DNA of 64,000 nt from a virus. The DNA is taken from the IMG/VR virus record IMGVR_UViG_3300042862_000066, positions 1-64,000 of that record. The stretch is one strand, 5' to 3'. Of this stretch, positions 56,901 through 64,000 are shown in pieces; position 1 is the first letter of the stretch; every line of letters begins with the position of its first letter. The notes under the pieces were generated by a model. It had not been told where the DNA came from, searched no databases, and saw nothing but the letters and a program-made list of their open reading frames with translations. The translations under genes were made by a program, and so were the position numbers.

Positions 56901-59164
56901 AAAGCAATACCTAATCCTACAACAGCTCCTATTAATAAAGCCATGTTGGTAAGTAGCTTTTCTTTAGGATGTCCTGGTACTGGCTCAAAGCGACCCTCCA
57001 TATTATAGTTAGAACCTTTTTCACCATAGAATTTTAATTCTACTGCAGATAGATAAGGGTATTCAAAATTAGTATCAGGTGAATGAAATGTATAGTAATC
57101 TCTTTTTAAATAAGTGGGAGGGCCCAGCGACGTAATATTACTACTAGTCTCATCACCTGATACAAGAGTAAAATCAACACTTTGATAGTTACTTACATAG
57201 TTAGGATATAGTATTTCAGTATCGTCTGCCTGATAATTATTAGATGGTCCGCGCTCTTTATATGAACGCATGTTATTTACAATACCTTTTGCAATAACTG
57301 ATTTATTTCCTTGACGAGAAGATCTTAATATCTCGTATCCTACAATACCTGGTATAATTTTACCATCGTTATCTACAGGTGCTTTTATGTTAGAAAACTG
57401 CGCACCTAGTATTCTAATAGCTACAGGAGTAGTTGGTGTAACACCAAGTATAGGACTATCAACTCCATCTATTGATCTAATATGCGAAAAGTTATCGTTA
57501 TTATAAAAATCACCTATGCCACTTCCATCTGAATGGAAAACGTCTGATGGCATCTTGTGATGGCGAATGTTTCTACCACATAAATCATAGGTATAATTAT
57601 TTGCATTAATTGTAAATAATGATGGATTAGATGTAGGATTCCAAACCTCCGGTTTATTGTCAGGATACTTTTCTGTAGATTCCCAGTATCCCATTTTACC
57701 TCTTGCTATTATAGTACCCTGTGTAAGAGAAACAGGATAGTTTGATACAGGTAAGGACAAGGCATTTGATGTAGGGTATGCTGTATTATATACCTCCCAA
57801 ATTTTTGTTTGATAGGTATTATCCTCTTGCCATTCTATATTATCATCTGATGCTGTACCTGCAATAGCCTCTTCCCAGGCAAATGGCGGTCTACCCGGTA
57901 TATGGTATGAGCTAGATTTTTTGCCATCGTTATATACCCATCTAATCCAAAAGGCGTATACCTCATCTCGCATGTAACCTATTATATTACCGCCTTTTTT
58001 ATAGTAGTCAAACGGTTGCTCTGTCATTATCCATTCCGTACCAATTTGATTTGCAAAAGGCTGGTAATTAAAGTCTAACCTATCTGTAGGAGCAACTCTA
58101 ATTAAATAACCGTTGACATCATACATAGCTTCTGACTTTTCATAGCCAGGTGTACGCAATGGGACAGTACCAAGAGGCACTACGTTTAATGTAGGCGCTA
58201 TAAAGTCAACACTTAAACTTGTAGTTCTAGTGCTATAATATCCAATTTCTGTAGCAACTGTTTGTTGATTTGTTGTAGATACAATAACCAATTGAAACTG
58301 CTCAAAATTATCTGTATCTAAATTTGAAAACGTAATGTCTAAAGAGCTTCTTGCGTTACCATGAACAAACAAGGATTGTATTTCTGATGGATTAAAATAA
58401 TCTGTCATTCTTTGCTCATTCAATGAATAAGCTATTACAGCATAATATGACCCGTTTAATAATTGTCCTCCGCCTAAACCCCTACTTATAGATACGCAGG
58501 GTATTGACATAAGTTGACTTAATCTTATTTTATCGCAATCTAACTGAAGAGGTAAAAGAGGTTCGCATACTACACAATATGCCCCTCCTCCTGGAGTTGT
58601 ACCATTTGGATCATTTGGAGATGTATTAGTTAACTGACATACATAGGGTACTCCGGGCCAAGGTTCATTATTAAATATATTTGGGGAGGGACCTTCTAAA
58701 GATCCTATGTTCATAACCCGACTAGGATTTAATCCATCGTCCCAATAAAGGTCATAGCTACAGTCAAACTTAGCTTTGGAATCTCCAATTATTAAATTTT
58801 GTCTATTGAATGATAAACATCTATCATTTACAATAGCCGTGTATGTGCAAGAGGGCTGGTGAAATAATCCTATTTCACAATCAGTATCATCGGTAGAGTA
58901 TATTATAAAATAATCTTGGACAACAGGGATGCTACCAATAATCGTATAAGGCGCCTGCGTACAAAATTCATTTGCCGGCTCATTACCTAGTAGACCAATG
59001 TCTCCAGACTTACTGTTATTTGCAGCATTCCTTGCATGATTCCACGTTCCTTCTGGAGCAAAACTAACATCGTAGTCTTTAACCATTCCTTTGTTAAAGG
59101 AGTTAGTCGTAGAATCAGATGATTGCTGAGAAGGGTTATTACTAGCTTGTTGTTTTTTAGCCAT
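53933..59164 (-). CDS. tail stabilisation / nozzle-muzzle protein (P22 gp10-like, crAss type)
   Basis: NSFNKGMVKD N-terminus, YWDDGLNPSR, GYMRDEVYAF, GGDTYISRY, WTISF...WLSFHDW motifs. Confidence 0.7.
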   Translation of the reverse strand: MAKKQQASNNPSQQSSDSTTNSFNKGMVKDYDVSFAPEGTWNHARNAANNSKSGDIGLLGNEPANEFCTQAPYTIIGSIPVVQDYFIIYSTDDTDCEIGLFHQPSCTYTAIVNDRCLSFNRQNLIIGDSKAKFDCSYDLYWDDGLNPSRVMNIGSLEGPSPNIFNNEPWPGVPYVCQLTNTSPNDPNGTTPGGGAYCVVCEPLLPLQLDCDKIRLSQLMSIPCVSISRGLGGGQLLNGSYYAVIAYSLNEQRMTDYFNPSEIQSLFVHGNARSSLDITFSNLDTDNFEQFQLVIVSTTNQQTVATEIGYYSTRTTSLSVDFIAPTLNVVPLGTVPLRTPGYEKSEAMYDVNGYLIRVAPTDRLDFNYQPFANQIGTEWIMTEQPFDYYKKGGNIIGYMRDEVYAFWIRWVYNDGKKSSSYHIPGRPPFAWEEAIAGTASDDNIEWQEDNTYQTKIWEVYNTAYPTSNALSLPVSNYPVSLTQGTIIARGKMGYWESTEKYPDNKPEVWNPTSNPSLFTINANNYTYDLCGRNIRHHKMPSDVFHSDGSGIGDFYNNDNFSHIRSIDGVDSPILGVTPTTPVAIRILGAQFSNIKAPVDNDGKIIPGIVGYEILRSSRQGNKSVIAKGIVNNMRSYKERGPSNNYQADDTEILYPNYVSNYQSVDFTLVSGDETSSNITSLGPPTYLKRDYYTFHSPDTNFEYPYLSAVELKFYGEKGSNYNMEGRFEPVPGHPKEKLLTNMALLIGAVVGLGIAFRAMRGRDIRTSVSPGAQNSGINGTGATTVVSSSINGALAATAAATYSQALSSVFNNAGIAVSGQDAALATLALAWGGINVTLSGVVGGTGSRYDNSTELSDYRYTPNGFKAAGGFLAFGYYWAQGTEQAIELIRAIVPFREYVMRSRSEIKLFKFQKGGILLGNTRRRIVQSTYLDNQFQILGDKRVNNLYRSRCVAIHTSRTMLNVAAVVDRSVQTIGSVQLAQTGVVNKGITNDNPSAGKFYATGAAYHGALKVRFRNQYGQIASTNQITTGCSHLIRSGLFGETPLPQSLAGQVVVQSTPDIFGGDTYISRYTEKNTFFYFYDWLYNVPDGVEINYTLKYMVTYPRFWANFQSFSADDFIQQVGAAFSQITITNPGNVNASQTQTKIGAYAFYNLDGGNIGTGFYTTGYSQGHGRFRLGVRSAYMYLFQSGIRDFFVESEYNADYRDYGDRPEEQIYDPYGYTDTEALFDTNIIKNGNYYKYDISLGVSRTMNNYISFGTAQGMSYDPFTAESCYKYFPFRVIYSLQSSAEDKKDYWRIFLINNYYDFDSRVTAFKSINRNGAIILLEKNSPLMFNAVDTLQTTSGTKITIGDGGLFSQPLQTLSNADVEFQHGSCQDRLSIINTPAGVFWMSSSQGKIFTVSEGMQPISDLGMKWWFSKYLTYFLLEQFPTYHLVGNPVVGIGCQATFDNENQILYFSKTDYKVKDHLLNSVIYSPKDQLFYFDNARIELGDPIYFDNLSWTISFDPKIKAWLSFHDWHPELGISNIKGFLTTKTDNGIGKIWKHYNNTSKFCNYYGADYPFEIDYISATGQAVTTTRSIEYLLECYVYDQDGIDRYEVLDYNFDKAIVYNNEQVSGNLRLNLSPKNNAPVIVNYPQIDTLTGIINILYSKEEQKYRFNQFWDFTRDRGEFQTGGILVQQPVWNTELNGYIRTLNTNNINLNKSPFERKKFRHYANHIVLIRTVSDNVKMLLKVVNNKLLSSPR

Positions 59165-59166
59165 GA

Positions 59167-60120
59167 TTAAACACCGTTATTTACTCTTAGGTTACTCATT
59201 GGACTAGGATATGACTTAAACATATCATAGTACTTACCATACATTGCTTTACGATTCATAGTCCATACCTTTTCCATCTCAGAGAAATTAGGAGTATTAA
59301 CTACAGAGAGGGCATTATTTCTTGCTCCGCGATATTCCTGAGCAACCAATTGAATTTGATTAGCTACATTTACCCCGTCCATCATTAAGTTTTCAAGTAT
59401 ACGTTTCTTCAATCCGTATTCATAATACTCGTTAAGATAAGGATGATCAGGAACCATTAAATGTCCATCAGCATCCTCTAAAGTTCCCTGGTAGTTTATA
59501 TAAATTTTAGCTTCATCTGTACACTGATTATTACCATCAGTACTTCTACGGTCATGATGATCACGCGTATTAAGATAAAGCCAACCGTCTTTAATATAAG
59601 CTTCATCTCTTGCCATAGACTGAAGATTTGGACAATCGCAATCTATAAATTGTGAGTTTCTAAATCTAATCGGAGCAAATGTTTTATATGTTCTAGTCTG
59701 ATTATTAATTACTTGAATCAACTGATACTCCGTACCACATTGTGTTAAGCATACTGGTTGGGACGGTAAGGATACGTCTGAACAATAGTTAGCCTCTACC
59801 CAGGGTCTCCATTCTGGAGTAACATCTTGAATATTAGTACCTTGCGGCATACTTACGTTCTCTGTGTATTCTCCGCATATCAATGCGAAGTTCATTACAA
59901 AGAAATCATCCGGTAAACGAACGCGACCTTTTTCTACGTATAATAATCTTTCTTTAGTCATGTATATACGTAGACCAAGATCATAATTGATACGTGTAGC
60001 TACTTTAAGTAACTGCGAAGGATCTACGCTTCCATCGGTAACTAAACTTTTTAAATCAAGCTTGACATCTTCAAGTAGTGATTCAAAAGTTCTATATTTA
60101 AGAGTATAATTATAGTTCAT
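59167..60120 (-). CDS. putative tail ring/tubular protein
   Basis: Position beside the stabilisation protein; LPDDF and AYIKDGWLY...IYINY motifs. Confidence 0.5.
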   Translation of the reverse strand: MNYNYTLKYRTFESLLEDVKLDLKSLVTDGSVDPSQLLKVATRINYDLGLRIYMTKERLLYVEKGRVRLPDDFFVMNFALICGEYTENVSMPQGTNIQDVTPEWRPWVEANYCSDVSLPSQPVCLTQCGTEYQLIQVINNQTRTYKTFAPIRFRNSQFIDCDCPNLQSMARDEAYIKDGWLYLNTRDHHDRRSTDGNNQCTDEAKIYINYQGTLEDADGHLMVPDHPYLNEYYEYGLKKRILENLMMDGVNVANQIQLVAQEYRGARNNALSVVNTPNFSEMEKVWTMNRKAMYGKYYDMFKSYPSPMSNLRVNNGV

Positions 60121-60785
60121 GATCTAAGCGGGGATTGTTTATCTGAAATAAATTGATCTTGAGGTATCTGAAGAGACTTAAAGAAGTCAGCAACAACCTG
60201 TTGTTCTATCTCTGCAAAAAGCTCAGGAGGTACTCCTAGTAATTCGTCTTGACGTTGCATACAAGGATCCTCACAAGAGAATCCCATAACGCCTGCATCA
60301 AATATTCCCTCTACTGATAATCCTTCCCATTCAACATTTGGAATATAGATATAGTTATCCATAAGCCAGAAGTAAGTGTTTTTGTTATACCTAAAAGCAG
60401 ATGTCTTACTCATACTATTGTATAAGGATGGAGTTGTCCGATAAGCCTCTGTAAATCCATCCATAGATGTTACTGTACGTAATAGCGGGCCTTGGGGTCC
60501 TTCCATTACATTAGGTATTCTAGTTTGTGTACGTTTAATTGTACAGCCGGATTTAGGTTCACAGCATGCTTCTACTTTGTCTACATCAATTAGCGGTATA
60601 CACGGTAAGCGTTTAAACATACTGGAGAATTTTGTTCCCGTTCCCTGGTTACTTTGACGCTTAATGTATACGCTAGCGTACTTCATTATAAGGCTATAGA
60701 TAACACGGTCTGTAACAAAGTCATCCATGTCTACAGCCTTAATAATGTTTCTAACTCGAGATACTGCTTCTCCTACTGTTTTCAT
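60117..60785 (-). CDS. putative tail ring/adaptor protein
   Basis: Position; YFWLMDNYIYI...VEGIF pattern. Confidence 0.5.
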   Translation of the reverse strand: MKTVGEAVSRVRNIIKAVDMDDFVTDRVIYSLIMKYASVYIKRQSNQGTGTKFSSMFKRLPCIPLIDVDKVEACCEPKSGCTIKRTQTRIPNVMEGPQGPLLRTVTSMDGFTEAYRTTPSLYNSMSKTSAFRYNKNTYFWLMDNYIYIPNVEWEGLSVEGIFDAGVMGFSCEDPCMQRQDELLGVPPELFAEIEQQVVADFFKSLQIPQDQFISDKQSPLRS

Positions 60786-60787
60786 AA

Positions 60788-61375
60788 TTAATCTATTAGA
60801 TCAAATTCGTTATATTCTTTTAACTTTTCTTTTGTCTGCCTAACTATTCGATTCTTCATACTTGCCTTATCAAATAGCTTTGATACAGTAAACATCTTAT
60901 CTATTACTATAAACTTCTTCCAGTTATCTCTGAACTCTTTAGTAACAGCCCGTTTAAAATATCGGTTAGCAGTAAATCCCCACAGAACTCTATCTCTTAG
61001 TTTATATCGAGACTGGTAGTTACTATAGAATATCTTACTAATGTAACCATCTGTATCCCAGTTCTTATGGGTAACTTTAACGCCATACTTAATTGACTTA
61101 CCATAATCCACGTTTTCTTTAGTAGGTTGCTGACAAGCACCTATAAATAGATAACCTAGATTTTCTGGTAACTCTATACCATCTCTGTTTTCAATTGTTT
61201 CTCTCCAAAGCTTTTCGTTAAAAGCCTTTACTATTTTTTTAGTTAACGCGTGGTCAACATCTTTATGTTCTGGATACTTAGCTTTAAAGTCTTTAAGATA
61301 CTGTTTAGTAATTAACTTAACTTTTGGTGCTCTATATCTTGGGGCATTTAGGTCTGGTTTTTTGAAGTTCTGCAT
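60788..61375 (-). CDS. basic HU/IHF-like DNA-binding protein
   Basis: Helical N-part followed by IELPENLGYLFIG; Lys/Arg-rich; crAss-like structural modules carry IHF-like genes. Confidence 0.45.
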   Translation of the reverse strand: MQNFKKPDLNAPRYRAPKVKLITKQYLKDFKAKYPEHKDVDHALTKKIVKAFNEKLWRETIENRDGIELPENLGYLFIGACQQPTKENVDYGKSIKYGVKVTHKNWDTDGYISKIFYSNYQSRYKLRDRVLWGFTANRYFKRAVTKEFRDNWKKFIVIDKMFTVSKLFDKASMKNRIVRQTKEKLKEYNEFDLID

Positions 61376-61450
61376 ACGCCTTAGTACAATTTACGAAATT
61401 TATTCTAGCTTTAAAAGTAATACATCATTGAATACTAAACAAATATAGTG

Positions 61451-61479
61451 AAAAACCCCCAAGCCATTGCCTGAGGGTC
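61451..61479 (-). terminator. Rho-independent terminator
   Basis: Minus strand ACCCTCAGGC-AATG-GCTTGGGGGT-TTTT downstream of the 61516 stop. Confidence 0.75.
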
Positions 61480-61515
61480 TCTCTTGTTTAGTCACGCTAA
61501 ACCAACAAACGTGGA

Positions 61516-62082
61516 CTATAATGCCGGTAGTGTCTTTATAATTATAATAGCGCTGGTAGAACTTGCTCCAGCATCTATACAATTTGTTCTTACTTGAAAA
61601 TAATAATTAGTATTAGGAGTTAACAAACTAAGGGTATAACTATTAGTAGTTAGGTTAGCCGTAGATGTCCATATCCCAGGAATAGTTCCGTAATCTACAT
61701 TATAATAATCAGCTCCAGTAAGTTCCCAGGTAAGTATGATAGCTGTAGTACCTACATAACTAGGATGCACGTTGATAGGTGGCAAACAGTCAAGGTCTAC
61801 ACTTTGTACAGACATAGCCTGATAAGCATTTTCTAATGATGCTCCTGCTGGTAATGCGGGATAATTATCACCGCCTGCAAACCAATTACCAAACTGATAT
61901 ATAGAATATAGAGAACTATGTTTTACACAGGTGTCTATAATAGTCTCAAAGCACGGAGTTGGATCCGGGCAAGTTATATCAGGGGGACATGTAAAGACAG
62001 CAGCAGTTGTAAGGGGTAAATCCTTACAACTGCATTTGTTAGTTGATGATACGGTATTAGAACCGCAAGTTGTGCAAGCCAT
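61516..62082 (-). CDS. Cys-rich virion protein with C-terminal FN3 domain
   Basis: LTW...YNVDY...YTLSLLTPNTNYYFQVRTNC FN3 signature. Confidence 0.7.
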   Translation of the reverse strand: MACTTCGSNTVSSTNKCSCKDLPLTTAAVFTCPPDITCPDPTPCFETIIDTCVKHSSLYSIYQFGNWFAGGDNYPALPAGASLENAYQAMSVQSVDLDCLPPINVHPSYVGTTAIILTWELTGADYYNVDYGTIPGIWTSTANLTTNSYTLSLLTPNTNYYFQVRTNCIDAGASSTSAIIIIKTLPAL

Positions 62083-62094
62083 ATTTTTAATTTA

Positions 62095-63573
62095 TTAAGC
62101 TGTCTCTACTGATTGATAAGCGCAGTCTTTTATAAGACCGCCTATAATAACTCTTACTCTAACTTGATAAGTAGTACTTGCTATAAGTCCAGATAACGTT
62201 CCTGTTATAGCACCTACTGCTGGGTTTACAATAGTAGCTGTTGTTACTACAGCCGTTAGACCATTGTTCCAACATTCTACAATATATGTTACACCGCCTG
62301 CGATAGCATTAGCAAAGCTAAAGTCTATATAGTCAAAAGGTGCGCCTACAGCATAGCTCATAGCTGGACAAGTATCATTGTTTTCTACTCCTACTGTTAA
62401 GCACTTATTACATGTAAGGTCTCCGTCAGAAGCACATACATCTAGTTTAACTGTGTAGTCTGTGAATAAACTTAGTAGGGTAGTTGAAAGATCAATATTT
62501 TGAGTAGCTCCTCCAAGATTAGGGATTACTGAAATTTGCTCAGTATATGTTAGACCGAATGCATCAGTAATTGTAATAAACATACCGCTTGCAAAACAGT
62601 CTACAAAAGATCCGGCAGATCCAGTAAATGCTACTTCTATATTAGGGCTAGTAAATTGAGCATCCATTACTATTTGAACATCATCACAACTTGTATTACA
62701 ACAGTTTGTAACTACGCTTTGTAGAGCAGAACGCATGTCGCATAATGTAACCCATAGGTTATTTACAGCTGCTGACATAGTATTAACATCTCCTGCGTTT
62801 ATCCAACCTGGTAAGCCGGTCATTGCTATTGTAGGATTGCTTAAGGTTGGCGATGCATCAAGATTAACACATTGCTGTCCAATAGCTGATGTAATTGCTA
62901 CAGGATTCCCGGTAGCCGTTTGTAAAGCACAGAAATCTGCTTCAAGAGCTTCTACAAACTCTACTATAGGAATATTACTACTACCTGTTAGTACGCATGT
63001 CCCAGAAGCAATAATAAGTTGATCCTTAACAGATTTAACTAGACCCCCTGCTGGAAATACAACCTGCGCGATAGAGTCAATCTCTTTAGTATGCTGAGTA
63101 AGAGTTTTATTTATGGTTACTGTACCTTCTATAATTCCACAAATAGTATTTCCAATTAACGTAGCAAAGTCAGTAACTGAAAGTTGAACAACCATATCCC
63201 CTAAAGGATTAGGAAATTGCAAACATTCAGGAACTGGTACTAAGCAAGCTAATGTAGTAGCGCAATCAGCAGGAGTCATAGATGCGGGAGTACTTTGCAT
63301 AGCGCAAAGCTGATCCAAAATAAATTGGATAATATCTTTAACACTCTCCGGTCTAGGGGAAATAGGAGGAAAACAATCTACGTCAAATCCTGATACTTTT
63401 AAATCATCAAGAAGAGTACATAACTGTACAGCCATCTTATAAGTTACATCGGAAATGCTATCTCCTTTGCATAAGTTAATGCAGGAGATGTCTGGTCCTT
63501 GCCAGGTAACACAGTTACTTGATAACGGTGTACAGCCTCTCTGTGTATTTGTAGGTTCTAGTGGAAGTGCCAT
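62095..63573 (-). CDS. Cys-rich structural/fibre protein with C-terminal FN3-like domain
   Basis: SSNCVTWQGPDISC N-terminal motif; LSGLIASTTYQVRVRV FN3 end. Confidence 0.65.
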   Translation of the reverse strand: MALPLEPTNTQRGCTPLSSNCVTWQGPDISCINLCKGDSISDVTYKMAVQLCTLLDDLKVSGFDVDCFPPISPRPESVKDIIQFILDQLCAMQSTPASMTPADCATTLACLVPVPECLQFPNPLGDMVVQLSVTDFATLIGNTICGIIEGTVTINKTLTQHTKEIDSIAQVVFPAGGLVKSVKDQLIIASGTCVLTGSSNIPIVEFVEALEADFCALQTATGNPVAITSAIGQQCVNLDASPTLSNPTIAMTGLPGWINAGDVNTMSAAVNNLWVTLCDMRSALQSVVTNCCNTSCDDVQIVMDAQFTSPNIEVAFTGSAGSFVDCFASGMFITITDAFGLTYTEQISVIPNLGGATQNIDLSTTLLSLFTDYTVKLDVCASDGDLTCNKCLTVGVENNDTCPAMSYAVGAPFDYIDFSFANAIAGGVTYIVECWNNGLTAVVTTATIVNPAVGAITGTLSGLIASTTYQVRVRVIIGGLIKDCAYQSVETA

Positions 63574-63610
63574 ATATATAATTTACTGTTTTTTTATCTA
63601 TTATCAAAAT

Positions 63611-64000
63611 TTATCCTCCGCATAATAAGCATGGCAAAACACCATCTTCTAAAACTATACTTGTAATATTTGCTGAGGTCATAGTATATGTTTGAAAAGT
63701 AGGATCGGAACCAGCAACTATTGTAAATCCAATTGCCCATAAACAATTACCATTATAATTAAATACGTATCCAGAAAAAGGATCCAGGCTATCTAAAATA
63801 TTATAATCAAGTACCAGATTAAATTGAGGACAAAGATTAGCACCTCCGCTAGGGGCACTTCCATCTAAACATGTTGTACAACCAAATGTACCTGGAGCAT
63901 CACCGTAGGCTCCTACTGTAAATGTGTATGTTACGGGAGGAACTGGGGGTATAAAAGGATTGCCTGAAGGTTCTGGGCATACCACTGGAGTAACTGGTGT
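63611..64000 (-). CDS. 5'-truncated Cys/Pro-rich structural protein
   Basis: Reading frame stays open to the window edge (TPVTPVVCPEP...). Confidence 0.6.
   Translation of the reverse strand, partial: TPVTPVVCPEPSGNPFIPPVPPVTYTFTVGAYGDAPGTFGCTTCLDGSAPSGGANLCPQFNLVLDYNILDSLDPFSGYVFNYNGNCLWAIGFTIVAGSDPTFQTYTMTSANITSIVLEDGVLPCLLCGG

Noticed and set aside
1-64000. Stop-codon reassignment, as in some crAss-like phages
   Set aside because: Very long ORFs are intact in the standard code with dense packing; TAG (7889) and TGA (11402, 12329) end genes at sensible boundaries.
1-64000. tRNA, rRNA or diversity-generating retroelement
   Set aside because: Intergenic gaps are short and AT-rich with no cloverleaf seen; no reverse transcriptase or TR/VR pair was recognised by eye.

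Overview
The window is a contiguous piece of a lytic Bacteroidota-type podovirus genome with a crAss-like (Cellulophaga phi14:2-like) layout. It has two convergent arms. The + arm (1-12329) holds the end of a tandem mini-gene array, a free-standing HNH endonuclease, a VWA-metallopeptidase/MoxR-ATPase module flanked by three paralogous unknown proteins, a PD-(D/E)xK exonuclease, a family B DNA polymerase and two MazG-like nucleotide enzymes. The - arm (64000 to 12320) holds Cys-rich FN3/tail proteins, an HU/IHF-like protein, ring and tail-stabilisation proteins, and five Cys-free putative internal proteins. It continues with three giant proteins, including a 4117-aa virion RNA polymerase (DFDID) fused to zincin and RecD/Dda-helicase domains, then a lysis cassette and an array of small basic MAKK...GG proteins. 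Main observations: (1) by manual scan the three giants (~7900 aa) contain only four cysteines, placed exactly at the ends that face each other in gene order, suggesting a head-to-tail disulfide-linked ejection chain; (2) a recurring two-part GG tag grammar is shared by the small basic proteins and the large internal proteins; (3) a five-gene MoxR/VWA system carries a triplicated partner domain. No CRISPR array, tRNA or stop-codon recoding was seen. All family assignments come from motifs recognised by eye, not from database searches.
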